Source: an uncultured Candidatus Saccharibacteria bacterium
GTDB taxonomy: Bacteria > Patescibacteriota > Minisyncoccia > Phycocordibacterales > WO2-35-19
Assembly (NCBI GenBank): GCA_964630525.1
Contig: CAZVUY010000002.1
Span: forward strand, 33,760 to 97,759
Length of the DNA: 64,000 nucleotides
Direction of reading: 5' to 3'
Part shown: positions 18,169 through 27,522 of the stretch, piece after piece
How positions within the stretch are numbered: the stretch's first letter is position 1
Layout: each line of letters begins with the position of its first letter
Program-made: the position numbers and the translations under genes
Notes under the pieces: model-generated
Told to the model about the DNA's origin: nothing
What the model saw: the letters and a program-made list of their open reading frames with translations, nothing else
Databases searched by the model: none

Positions 18169-20889
18169 GTGTCTATGACGCCATTTAACCATTTTACAAC
18201 CAAAGCCAAAGAGGTGATCCGTAAGGCTCACGAACTTGTTATCGAAAGAGGTCAAAATCATGTTGGCCCGCTTCATCTTTTGACGGCTCTTATCATGCAG
18301 GAGGAGAGCATGGTTCTTTCTATTCTTGAAAGGATGGATGTGGATACTATTCTGCTCACTGACTCTTTGCTCGAGGCTATTGAAAGCGGGGTCACTGGAA
18401 ATACCGCTACCCCTTCTTACCAGATTTATCTGACCCCTGAGCTCGCTCATATTATCGAATATTCTTCCAAGGTGGCGGCCAATATGGGCGATGAATTCGT
18501 CTCAACCGAACACCTTTTTATTTCCTGCTTAGATGTAGCAAGTCCAGCCAAAGATATGCTATCCCGTTTCAAGATTGAAAAAGAGAAAGTTCTTTTCTTA
18601 ATCCAAGAAATTAGACAAGGCAAAGGAACCGATCACAAAGTAGCTCAAAAAAATAAAAATCTCGTCAAATATACGCGCTCACTCACTAAGATGGCGCGCG
18701 AAAACAAACTTGACCCGGTGATTGGTCGCGATGAGGAGATCTCACGCATTATCCAGATCCTTTCGCGCCGCACCAAGAACAATCCGATCCTGATCGGTGA
18801 AGCTGGTGTTGGTAAGACGGCGATCGCTGAGGGTCTGGCTTTGCGGATGGTGTCTCAGAATGCTCCTGAGTCGCTGAAAGACAAAGAAGTGGTTTCTCTC
18901 GACCTCGGTCTTTTGGTGGCAGGTACCAAGTATCGCGGTGAATTTGAAGAAAGATTGAAAAACATAATAAAGGAGATTGAAAAATCAGAAGGCAAGATCA
19001 TTCTCTTCATCGACGAAATACACACTATCGTTGGAGCTGGCAGTGCCGAAGGTTCGCTCGATGCTTCCAATATTTTGAAACCACCACTAGCGCGTGGTGA
19101 ATTACGAGCGATCGGAGCCACTACTCTCAAAGAGTATCAAAAACATATCGAAAAAGATCCGGCCCTGACTAGGCGCTTCCAACCGGTTTATGTGAATGAG
19201 CCATCGACCGATGATGCGATCACTATTTTGCGTGGGCTCAAAGAAAAGTATGAGCTCTATCATGGTGTCCACATCACTGACGACGCGATCAAGGCAGCGG
19301 TCAACCTCTCCTCTCGCTATATTGCCGATCGATTTTTGCCTGATAAGGCAGTAGATCTGATCGATGAGGCGGCTAGTCACTTGAAAATTTCGCTTGAAAA
19401 TATGCCAACTGTTTTGCAAGAGACCAATTCAAAAATTGTAAAGCTTGAAATAGAACGCGAAGCTCTCAAGAAAGAAAAACAGGCTGAAACCAAAAACAGC
19501 AAGGTTAAAACTAGGCTTCAAGAGATAGAGAAAGAGATCGCTGATTTGAAAGAAAAAACTGCCGAAATAGATCTCAAATGGAAAAATGAAAAAGAAGCGG
19601 TGGGTGAGATCAAACGAATCAAAAAAGAACTAGAATCTGCTCGCTTGGAAGCTGAGTCAGCTGAGGCACAGGTAGATTTGGGTAAGGCGGCAGAGATCCG
19701 TTATGGCAGAATTCCCGGTTTGGAGAAAGAGCTTGAAACTAACATGAAAAAACTCAAGAAGCTTCAAAGCTCGCGCCGTATTCTAAAAGAAGAAATCACC
19801 GAAAATGATATTGCGGGTATCGTAGCCAAGTGGACCGGTATTCCAGTATCCAGAATGCTGGAAGAAGAGGCGGAGAAGCTCAATCGGATGGAAGATGAGC
19901 TCCGCAAACGAGTGGTTGGTCAGGACGAAGCGGTCAAAAAGATTTCTGACACGATCAAGCGTTCCCGAGCTGGTATTTCTGATCCAAACAAACCGATCGG
20001 CTCATTTATTTTCCTGGGTCCGACTGGGGTGGGCAAAACCGAGCTGACCAAAGCTTTGGCCGAATTTATGTTCAACGACGAAAAAGCGCTGATCCGAGTC
20101 GATATGTCGGAGTTTATGGAGAAACATGCAATCTCCAAACTGATCGGGGCGCCACCGGGCTATGTAGGGTTTGATGAAGGTGGAGGACTTACCGAAATGG
20201 TGCGCCACCGACCGTATTCGATCGTTCTCTTTGACGAGATTGAAAAAGCGCATCCGGAAGTTTTCAACGTGCTCCTGCAAGTCTTGGACAATGGTCGCCT
20301 GACGGACTCAAAGGGTCGGACGGTCAACTTTAAAAATACCATTATCGTCATGACTTCCAACATTGGGGCGCAATATATCGACAAAATGGAGAAGCTTGGT
20401 TTCGGTGATCGTAGCGAGGATGGCCATGCTTACAATGACATCAAGTCGAAAGTGCTCGAAACAATGAAGGATTATTTTAGTCCCGAATTTCTCAATCGTC
20501 TTGACGACATTATCATCTTCGACGTTTTGCCGTTCGAAGCGATCAGGGAGATTGTAAGGATTCAGGTGGAGCTAGTGAAGGAACGTCTCTCGGTCAAAGA
20601 AATCGCTCTCGAGCTGACCGATGAGGCTTATGAATATTTGGCCAAAGAAGGTTATTCACCACAATACGGCGCTCGACCACTCAAACGCTTGATCCAGAAT
20701 AAAATATTGAATCCGATTGCTTCGCTCATCATCAGCAAAGGTATTTTGAAGGGTGGTACAGTTTCGGTATCAATGAAAAATAACTCGTCTAAAGCTGAAG
20801 CTCGCGAGCTTGTGTTTGATGTGAAGAAAGGCCGCCGTGGCGCGATCATCGAAGCTTCTCTTCTCGAGACTCCGGTTGGGGTTGAGTAA
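18169..20889 (+). CDS. clpB: ATP-dependent chaperone ClpB (class I AAA+, two NBDs plus coiled-coil M domain)
   Basis: 906 aa; Clp_N repeats, D1 [19 protein letters not shown], long coiled coil, D2 [19 protein letters not shown], sensor-2 GARPLKR. Confidence 0.9.
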   Translation: MSMTPFNHFTTKAKEVIRKAHELVIERGQNHVGPLHLLTALIMQEESMVLSILERMDVDTILLTDSLLEAIESGVTGNTATPSYQIYLTPELAHIIEYSSKVAANMGDEFVSTEHLFISCLDVASPAKDMLSRFKIEKEKVLFLIQEIRQGKGTDHKVAQKNKNLVKYTRSLTKMARENKLDPVIGRDEEISRIIQILSRRTKNNPILIGEAGVGKTAIAEGLALRMVSQNAPESLKDKEVVSLDLGLLVAGTKYRGEFEERLKNIIKEIEKSEGKIILFIDEIHTIVGAGSAEGSLDASNILKPPLARGELRAIGATTLKEYQKHIEKDPALTRRFQPVYVNEPSTDDAITILRGLKEKYELYHGVHITDDAIKAAVNLSSRYIADRFLPDKAVDLIDEAASHLKISLENMPTVLQETNSKIVKLEIEREALKKEKQAETKNSKVKTRLQEIEKEIADLKEKTAEIDLKWKNEKEAVGEIKRIKKELESARLEAESAEAQVDLGKAAEIRYGRIPGLEKELETNMKKLKKLQSSRRILKEEITENDIAGIVAKWTGIPVSRMLEEEAEKLNRMEDELRKRVVGQDEAVKKISDTIKRSRAGISDPNKPIGSFIFLGPTGVGKTELTKALAEFMFNDEKALIRVDMSEFMEKHAISKLIGAPPGYVGFDEGGGLTEMVRHRPYSIVLFDEIEKAHPEVFNVLLQVLDNGRLTDSKGRTVNFKNTIIVMTSNIGAQYIDKMEKLGFGDRSEDGHAYNDIKSKVLETMKDYFSPEFLNRLDDIIIFDVLPFEAIREIVRIQVELVKERLSVKEIALELTDEAYEYLAKEGYSPQYGARPLKRLIQNKILNPIASLIISKGILKGGTVSVSMKNNSSKAEARELVFDVKKGRRGAIIEASLLETPVGVE

Positions 20890-20914
20890 AAATAAAAAGT
20901 TGGAATAAAAAGAG

Positions 20915-20947
20915 ATCCGCCCCCATAGTTATTCACTGGGGCGGATC
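20915..20947 (+). terminator. terminator hairpin after clpB
   Basis: GATCCGCCCC-ATAGTTATTCACT-GGGGCGGATC, 10-bp stem. Confidence 0.5.
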
Positions 20948-21261
20948 GGGTTGAATTTGGGCGCAACGTTGCTTCTTGCGACCCAAGTTTTTCGGTCGTT
21001 TGCAAATCGCGTATCGCACCTGATTCCAAAAGTACTGTCAGCGGATCTTACCTGTTCATAAGTCCCCTGGTCCACTTTTTCAGTGTAAGGATCTCCATAG
21101 GGCATAGAGTACTCTCGTGGAAGTATTGCTGGCAGGCTTTGTCTGTGACGCTGGGCAAAATAATTGGCGTGTTTCTCTGTTTCGTGAAGGGAGAATCCAT
21201 CTTCTTCTGTTTCTGTTGCACTCACCCATCTTATCCAACGCAGGATCCAAACTGTAGGCAT
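20929..21261 (-). CDS. hypothetical protein (moderately GC-rich)
   Basis: 110-aa ORF; no recognizable motif. Confidence 0.3.
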   Translation of the reverse strand: MPTVWILRWIRWVSATETEEDGFSLHETEKHANYFAQRHRQSLPAILPREYSMPYGDPYTEKVDQGTYEQVRSADSTFGIRCDTRFANDRKTWVARSNVAPKFNPIRPSE

Positions 21262-21689
21262 CAGAACTCCTCTCTGTTTCGTAAAATAGCATTATTTAAA
21301 CTTTTTTCAAACTTTGATGCGCCGTCTGGTACGATGTTGGAACTTACTTAATACAAATAGCTTGACCTCAAAAAATCTGTATGATAGTTTACCGTTGGTT
21401 CAATTAACATGTCTTGGTGCCAAAACAAGGGCGAGCCTTGCTAGGGACTCAGCTTTTCGCGAGGGAAGTTTGGGTGAACGGTTCGACTCCGTTTGCGTGG
21501 GTTGAAAGCTTACTTGGTGATGCGCAGAATAGGTGGGAGATTTGGATTTCAAGGTTTCGGTCTTGAGGGAGTCGACAATGAGATACCACCCTTACCGAGG
21601 ACAAGTCTTTCTCTTGAAAAAGAAAGATGCCGGAAACTTTTTGAACCACTGGGCTTTCCTAACGGACGGCCCTTTACTTTTATCTAAAA

Positions 21690-21845
21690 TGGTGCGCCGG
21701 GAGGGAATTTCTCCCTCGACTCAAAATTTTTTCAGTCAAAAAATTTTGGTCTGGGCACCGGCTCATGGAAATTTTTTGCTAAAAATTTCACATTCCGCCG
21801 TTCGAATCCCTCACGCAAAGCAAGCAGTTGCTTTGCTCCGGCGCA
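21690..21845. repeat. structured repeat element A (~155 nt), homologous to element B at 60893-61050; ends form a 7-bp closing stem
   Basis: ~80% identity to 60893-61050 with compensatory changes in three hairpins; contains core GGAAATTTTTTGCTAAAAATTTC; 5' end TGCGCCGGGAGGGA repeats the tRNA-Tyr 3' end; on the minus strand it ends GAGGGAGAAATTCCCTCCCGGCGCACCA. Confidence 0.6.
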
Positions 21846-21878
21846 CAAAATGAAAACCCCTTTCGGGGATTCATTTTG

Positions 21879-21962
21879 TGCGCCGGGAGGGATTCGAACC
21901 CCCGTAGCCCGATGGGCGACAGATTTACAGTCTGTTGTAATTGACCACTCTACCACCGACGC
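21879..21962 (-). tRNA. tRNA-Tyr (anticodon GTA), long variable arm
   Basis: GCGTCGGTGGTAGAGTGGTCAATTACAACAGACTGTAAATCTGTCGCCCATCGGGCTACGGGGGTTCGAATCCCTCCCGGCGCA; followed by a 24-bp trailer hairpin (21831-21890) that includes the tRNA 3' end. Confidence 0.85.
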
Positions 21963-22030
21963 AATATTTTACAGAAGGAGTTTAGCAGATTATTTGGTTT
22001 TTTTCTACCTGTCTAAAACTTTTGTTTCAA

Positions 22031-22255
22031 ATCATAAAAAGTGCCCGCCCCTGTTCACAGAGGCGGGCTACGAGAGGGAGAATCCACAGCAACACAGCCA
22101 ACCAAAATCGCGGGAGGGGACAATAAGTTAACAAGGGGGATTGCGCGTCCTCCCAAGCTTCTCCTTATTGTCCCCGGTCTTTCGGGCAACCGGTCCGGTC
22201 TTGCCCGTCTGACCTCCTAAAAACAATAATACACCAATTATTAAAAAACAAAAGC
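22031..22255 (-). ncRNA. candidate small structured RNA (~205 nt) with own promoter and terminator; identity unknown
   Basis: minus-strand terminator GCCCGCC-loop-GGCGGGC + U-tract (22031-22068); GC-rich stems (GGGGACAATAAG...CTTATTGTCCCC, CGGGCAA...TTGCCCG); candidate -35/-10 TTGCCA-N18-TATAGA on the minus strand near 22255-22285. Confidence 0.3.
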
Positions 22256-22440
22256 TCTATAGTTGCCTTTTTGGTTTTTTGGCAATACACTAAATCCAGA
22301 TATGCTTTGGGAAAAAATAAGCAAAAATCCAGCGTTCCTCGTTGGGTTGGTGGTGGTCGGGATAGCTATCATTGGATTGTTTTTTTCGATGATAGGGGGT
22401 CCCCAACCGCGGGAAAGGAAAAAATGATAAGGAAGAGGAA

Positions 22441-22465
22441 GGGCTCCTTTAGTGGAGCCCTTTTT
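22441..22465. terminator. hairpin terminator downstream of the minus-strand gene 22472..22921
   Basis: GGGCTCC-TTTAGT-GGAGCCC followed by TTTTT. Confidence 0.5.
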
Positions 22466-22471
22466 GTATTT

Positions 22472-22921
22472 CTATGATTCCAGTTTGGGATGCCAAAAAA
22501 TTTTTTCGATCTGCCGACTGCCATCAAAAAGGTAACCATGTTCTCTGGGGCAACCTTCTTTGGAGTCGTTGCTGACTGCTCTGTTGTTTCCGACATAAAA
22601 TCCGATATGCCTGTGCTCACCCAAGTTTTCTCTAAAGTCTATTTTGGCCCAGACCAAAATACAACCAACTCTTGGCTCCTTGATTTCCTGCCAACCAGTT
22701 TCTGCCAAATCTCTCAAAGTTCCATCGACAGTGGCGTGCGGCTCCTTGATTAATTTGAATATCCCAAGTAGGGAAGAGACAAACAAAGCACAGGAGAGAT
22801 TGCCGTCCTCGGTCAGGTCCTTTTTGATTCCATCAACCTCGGCCCATAGGTTTCTAAACATCTGGGTGTCGAGACTGTTTCTAATAAAGGCTAAATAATT
22901 TTCGAAAAACAACAATTTCAT
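22472..22921 (-). CDS. hypothetical protein, possible papain-like (NlpC/P60-type Cys/His) enzyme
   Basis: 149 aa; conserved-looking Cys (SCALFVSS) and His (HIGFYVG) spacing; assignment tentative. Confidence 0.45.
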   Translation of the reverse strand: MKLLFFENYLAFIRNSLDTQMFRNLWAEVDGIKKDLTEDGNLSCALFVSSLLGIFKLIKEPHATVDGTLRDLAETGWQEIKEPRVGCILVWAKIDFRENLGEHRHIGFYVGNNRAVSNDSKEGCPREHGYLFDGSRQIEKIFWHPKLES

Positions 22922-22924
22922 CCA

Positions 22925-24193
22925 CTATTCATTATTGAGTAATTGTTCCGTCCATTTGTAAATGTTGCCAGCACCCATAAGTACGACACAGAGTTTTTGA
23001 TGTGCGATTATTGTTTCCAGTTCTTTTTTTAATTCCCCCACATTATCAACTGCTTTAGTTGGTATATATTTATTGATAGTCTCTGCCAAACTTTGATTGG
23101 TTGTCTTTCCGTCATCAATCTCTCTAGTGATAAATATTGGGGCTATGAAAGCTTGGTCAGCTATTTTGAGCGAATCTACAAAATCGTTAAACATTAGCTT
23201 GGTTCTGCTTTGTTGATGTGGTTCAAATATCGCTACAATTTTTTTGTCCGGATGCTTTTCTTTCAAAGCACTAAGAGTGGCCCTGATTTCTGTCGGATGA
23301 TGAGCATAGTCGTCATAATAAACATTCCCGTTTTTTTCTCCCTTATACTCCTGCCTTCTCCAGGTGCCTTTAAAATCCTTCAAAAATTCTTTGGCTTTTT
23401 CGTTTGGGATCCCAAGTTTCTCGACTGTTTTTATAGCTGCTTGGGCGTTTAAAATATTATGCTTGCCGGGTACCAGTAAACTAAAATCTGCTATTACATT
23501 TTTATACTCGCTTTCTTTTATAACAAAGCCGTCTTTAGGTACTTTTGCTTCGATTTCCTGAAAAGCACTTTTGATATCTTCCAAATCTTTATAATAGTCC
23601 AAGTGATCGGCTTCGATATTGGTGATAACCAAAATTGACGGGTGCAGATTTAGAAAAGATCTCTTATACTCACACGCCTCGACCACCAGATACTGGCTTT
23701 TGCCCGCATGGAAATTGCTGTATTTGCCATCTTCGCCCAGCATTTTTGAGCCAACAATGATGGTCGGGTCAAGCCGAGCTTTTTCCATGATGTGGCCGAT
23801 CATGGCTGTGGTGGTCGTCTTGCCGTGAGTGCCGGATACGGCGATCGTAAACATGTTTTTAGAAAGCTCGCCTAAAAATTGGGGGTAGGAGATACAAATA
23901 TTTTTCCCGTTTTGTTCTCTAGTCCTTGCTCCTTGCATTTCTGGATTATCCTCTGGTATTGCGACTGTATAAACTACCACTTCAGTGTCTGCAGGTATGT
24001 TTTCTGCTTGTTGGCCGATTTTTATCTCAATCCCTAAATTTTTAAGATCATCAGTTATTTCCGACTGCGAATTGTCCGAACCGCTGACCTTTTTTCCTCG
24101 CATCTGCATCATCCTGGCAATCGCCGATACCCCGATCCCTCCGATGCCGATGAAGTGGTAACTTTTTTTATTTAAGACGTCCATAAGAATCAT
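22925..24193 (-). CDS. murC: UDP-N-acetylmuramate--L-alanine ligase (start taken at the ATG preceded by TGGTGG, M20 of the track ORF MVPRTTS...SMILMDVLNK; track ORF extends to 24250)
   Basis: HFIGIGGIGVSAIARMM, Rossmann N-domain, IAVSGTHGKTTTTAM P-loop, Mur ligase C-domain. Confidence 0.9.
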   Translation of the reverse strand: MILMDVLNKKSYHFIGIGGIGVSAIARMMQMRGKKVSGSDNSQSEITDDLKNLGIEIKIGQQAENIPADTEVVVYTVAIPEDNPEMQGARTREQNGKNICISYPQFLGELSKNMFTIAVSGTHGKTTTTAMIGHIMEKARLDPTIIVGSKMLGEDGKYSNFHAGKSQYLVVEACEYKRSFLNLHPSILVITNIEADHLDYYKDLEDIKSAFQEIEAKVPKDGFVIKESEYKNVIADFSLLVPGKHNILNAQAAIKTVEKLGIPNEKAKEFLKDFKGTWRRQEYKGEKNGNVYYDDYAHHPTEIRATLSALKEKHPDKKIVAIFEPHQQSRTKLMFNDFVDSLKIADQAFIAPIFITREIDDGKTTNQSLAETINKYIPTKAVDNVGELKKELETIIAHQKLCVVLMGAGNIYKWTEQLLNNE

Positions 24194-25035
24194 TGATATT
24201 ACCACCAAATACTGATATAAACAAAGATAGGAGGTGGTTCGTGGAACCAACTATAACCTTTCGACCATTTGGTCTTGAAGGCCCAAGAGTCTTGCTCTTT
24301 GGAAAGAAAACAGGAGACTGGAATCCGAGCCGTCTTCGAAATGGGTATAACGCTGATCAGGGGCTACATTTCGCACTCAGTAGATTGGGGGAGAAGTATG
24401 GGTTTACAAAACTTTTTTTTCCTAAACCAACTGAGTGTAATGCTAGGCTGGTTACAGAAACTGGTTTTACAGAGTCAGTAATGAATGGAGCCTGTGGTCT
24501 ACAAGTGATGATGGGAGTTTGCGCAGATGCTATGGTGTTATCACGTGGCTCGGCAGGTGCGATCGCAAGTGCAGATTGCCCGACCATTATTACCTACTGT
24601 CCGACTACGAAGAACGTGATAATGGCTCATGCTGGAGCAAAGTCGCTTGTCGACCTATCCCATTTTATCGAAGGGCAACCCGCAAGGAATCCTGGCACCG
24701 TTGTAGATTCTATAGTTAAGGAAATGATGGTTCGTCGCTGTTCTTGGTCACAGATTTTTGTAACATGTGGGATTGAACGGTACTATCATCCTGCTCTAGC
24801 CAAGCATATTTTCACTGATGTACCGAACTGTTCAGCGGTGCATGGTGATGTTGTTTATTTAAAGCACCTGATTGCTGAGCAATTCAGGAACCGAGGTTTT
24901 GGTGGAGTTGTAACTGACTTCATCGACACTTTAACAGACAGAGACAAAAAAGATTATCTCTGGCATAGCTATCGGCGAGGTAAAACACCAGAGGAAAAAG
25001 CTGGTCGCAACCTTGTTCTTGTAGTGAATCGGTGA
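24193..25035 (+). CDS. YfiH/PgeF-family (DUF152, laccase-domain) peptidoglycan-editing-factor-like protein; start uncertain
   Basis: 280 aa; SADCPTII and IMAHAGAKS resemble the YfiH TADC(L/V)P and AHAGW(R)G motifs; sits between murC and murD. Confidence 0.55.
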   Translation: MILPPNTDINKDRRWFVEPTITFRPFGLEGPRVLLFGKKTGDWNPSRLRNGYNADQGLHFALSRLGEKYGFTKLFFPKPTECNARLVTETGFTESVMNGACGLQVMMGVCADAMVLSRGSAGAIASADCPTIITYCPTTKNVIMAHAGAKSLVDLSHFIEGQPARNPGTVVDSIVKEMMVRRCSWSQIFVTCGIERYYHPALAKHIFTDVPNCSAVHGDVVYLKHLIAEQFRNRGFGGVVTDFIDTLTDRDKKDYLWHSYRRGKTPEEKAGRNLVLVVNR

Positions 25036-25103
25036 TCGTGATGGGCTCCAGAGATGGTGCCCATCCTTTTTTTATGCCTATTTTTATGTATCATATTTAT
25101 GGT

Positions 25104-26429
25104 ATGAATCTAAAAGACAAAAAAATTTTGTTGATGGGGCTAGGGATTTTAGGGGGCGGGGTGGCTACTGCCAGGTTTTTGGTTGATAGGGGTGCGCGAC
25201 TTACGATTACAGATATGAAGTCAGCTGAGTATTTGAGTATTTCGCTCGAAAAATTGGCTGATCTCAAAAACAGAATTAATTTTGTTTTAGGCGAACATAG
25301 AGAAGCAGATTTTCTGAACACTGATATTTTGGTTATAAATCCTGATGTACCAGCCGATAACAAATTTGTACAAATTGCGCGAGAGGCAGGCAAGCCGATA
25401 GAGAATGAACTTACTCTGTTTTATAAATTTACTTCTTGTAAAACGACAGTTGGTATCACGGGCACTAGAGGTAAGACGACGACTACAAATTGGATCGCGC
25501 ATATATTAAATGGCGCTGGCGAGAGGGCGAGAGTGGTGGGTAATGATCCGGAAAAACCATTTCTCTCTGAAATAGCAAATTGTGACAAAGAAACTATTGC
25601 AGTTGTAGAGACACCTTCTTTCCAGCTCGAAATATTCGGCGATTCGAGCATGGCTCCGCATGTGGCGGTCATTACCAATCTTTACCAAGACCACCTTGCG
25701 AGACACAAAACAATGGAGGGCTATGCCTTAGCTAAGGCAAATATTTTTAAAAATCAAAAAGAAAGCGACTTTCTTGTGTTAAACAAAGAAAACAGTTGGA
25801 CAGATTTTTTCTTAGACCAAAAACCGAAATCAAAAGTACTTTTTTCTTCCGATTTAAATATCTTAGGATTTGACAAAGAAGCGTTTTCTTTGAAATTTGG
25901 TGAGCATAATCTTAAAAATTTTATGATGGCGGGAGTAGCTTGCCTGGCTCTTGGTATCAAACCAGAGCAGATACTTTCTGCAGCAGAAAATTTACCTGGG
26001 ATAAAGTGGCGACAGGAGCTTGTTTATGATAGGGGTGGGCTAAAGATCTACAACGATACCGCTTCGACTTCACCCGAAGCTTTCATTTCGGCCGCTCAAA
26101 GGTTTAAGAGTCAGGATACCTTTTTCATCGTCGGGGGCACTGACAAAGAACTCGACTTTAAAGATTGGGCTGAATTTGTAAAATCAAATTTGGGTTCGGA
26201 AAATTTGGTTTTTCTCTCTGGTAGCGCTACGGAAAAAATGAAATCAGGCTTAGGGTGGGACAAGTTTAATGAGTTTCAAAACCTTGAAGAGTGTTTTGAT
26301 TTTGCTCTTGAAAAAATGGGGCGAGTTGGGACACTGGTATTTTCTCCAGGAGCCAAAAGTTTTGAGAAGTTCAAAAACGAGTTTGACAGAGGAGAGAAGT
26401 TTAATGGTATAGTTAAAAGACTATTATGA
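25104..26429 (+). CDS. murD: UDP-N-acetylmuramoyl-L-alanine--D-glutamate ligase (start at MNLKDKKILL; track ORF begins 25032)
   Basis: ILLMGLGILGGGVATARFL Rossmann N-domain, VGITGTRGKTTTT P-loop, Mur ligase C-domain. Confidence 0.9.
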   Translation: MNLKDKKILLMGLGILGGGVATARFLVDRGARLTITDMKSAEYLSISLEKLADLKNRINFVLGEHREADFLNTDILVINPDVPADNKFVQIAREAGKPIENELTLFYKFTSCKTTVGITGTRGKTTTTNWIAHILNGAGERARVVGNDPEKPFLSEIANCDKETIAVVETPSFQLEIFGDSSMAPHVAVITNLYQDHLARHKTMEGYALAKANIFKNQKESDFLVLNKENSWTDFFLDQKPKSKVLFSSDLNILGFDKEAFSLKFGEHNLKNFMMAGVACLALGIKPEQILSAAENLPGIKWRQELVYDRGGLKIYNDTASTSPEAFISAAQRFKSQDTFFIVGGTDKELDFKDWAEFVKSNLGSENLVFLSGSATEKMKSGLGWDKFNEFQNLEECFDFALEKMGRVGTLVFSPGAKSFEKFKNEFDRGEKFNGIVKRLL

Positions 26430-27259
26430 CCCAGTATTGCTTTCTAAATGGACAGGTGGTACCGCTCGAAGAGGCTAAGGTGAGCGTTTTGGATATCGGC
26501 CTCTTGAGAGGTTATGGTATTTATGATGGACTCGCCGCCTTAAACGGTCAGCCGTTTCGCTTTGCCGATCATTGGGCCAGGTTTAGCGACGGGGCTCATG
26601 CACTTGATCTCAATATCCCGATCACCGAAGAGACTTGTGAAAAAAAGATCAAAGATATTTTGGAGAGGTCTAATCTCAAAGAGCGAGCCAACGTGCGTCT
26701 GATTTTGACCGGTGGTTCTACTGTCGGAGGTATTGAATATGTTTTTGAAACTCCTACTTTTTACATTACAGCTGAAAAATGGGAATCTTTACCAAAGGAA
26801 TATTATGAAGACGGGGCCAAGCTACTCACTTACAATCATTTGCGCGAAATGCCAGAGCACAAGACCACCAATTATATAAGAGCGGTCAGTCTCCAAAATT
26901 GGCGCAAAGAAGAAAAAGCGGTTGAGGTACTCTATGTCAATGACGGGGAAGTTTTGGAGTGCGCCACCAGCAACATTTGTCTGGTCAAGGATGGTGCGAT
27001 CATTACTCCAGCTGAAAATGTATTGAAGGGTATCACTCTCAAAGTGGTTGGTGAGTTAGCTGAGCAGGCCGGCTACACGTTTGAAAGACGCTTGGTTTAT
27101 CAAGATGAATTGAAGACAGCGGATGAAGTTTTCATCACCTCTTCGTTCAAAGATATCGTGCCGATTGTTAAAATCGATGATTTTTCTGTTGGAAATGGAG
27201 CGGTTGGTCCGGTCACCAAAGACTTGATGGCTAGATTTGCAAAAACCATTAATACCTGA
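26426..27259 (+). CDS. class IV aminotransferase (D-amino-acid / branched-chain aminotransferase family)
   Basis: 277 aa; fold-type IV pattern (GYGIYDGL..., EVFITSS, PLP-Lys region); 4-nt overlap with murD. Confidence 0.75.
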   Translation: MTQYCFLNGQVVPLEEAKVSVLDIGLLRGYGIYDGLAALNGQPFRFADHWARFSDGAHALDLNIPITEETCEKKIKDILERSNLKERANVRLILTGGSTVGGIEYVFETPTFYITAEKWESLPKEYYEDGAKLLTYNHLREMPEHKTTNYIRAVSLQNWRKEEKAVEVLYVNDGEVLECATSNICLVKDGAIITPAENVLKGITLKVVGELAEQAGYTFERRLVYQDELKTADEVFITSSFKDIVPIVKIDDFSVGNGAVGPVTKDLMARFAKTINT

Positions 27260-27297
27260 TATTATTCGCCCTACTGTTATTATATTCATTATTTCGT

Positions 27298-27453
27298 ATG
27301 AGCCAGGATCAACTAATCAAATTGGTAAACAAAGACACCGGAGAGGTGTATTGGACTCGCAAAAATAAGCGAAAAGTGGAGCGCAAAATCGAGCTCAAAA
27401 AATACTCCAAAAAACTCCGCAAAAGGGTCACTTTCAAGGAGTCAAAGAAATAA
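27298..27453 (+). CDS. rpmG: 50S ribosomal protein L33 (bL33), Cys-less variant; not in ORF track (<60 aa)
   Basis: 51 aa MSQDQLIKLVNKDTGEVYWTRKNKRKVERKIELKKYSKKLRKRVTFKESKK; matches the bL33 TTKNKRNTPDRLELKKY...KHT.H.E.K pattern. Confidence 0.55.
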   Translation: MSQDQLIKLVNKDTGEVYWTRKNKRKVERKIELKKYSKKLRKRVTFKESKK

Positions 27454-27522
27454 ACACTTTCTCTCTTTACCTAACTGTCATCGGGTAATAGTATTTAATA
27501 TATATTAAATAGCCTGGTTTGC

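Noticed and set aside
21690-21845. Calling element A a bona fide tmRNA (ssrA)
   Set aside because: It has acceptor-like pairing, a T-like hairpin and CCA on the minus strand but is only ~155 nt, lacks a tag-peptide frame and has a non-canonical T-loop; kept as a tRNA-like repeat element instead.
22271-22477. 68-aa plus-strand ORF
   Set aside because: Low-complexity, overlaps the terminator hairpin of the convergent gene; no support.
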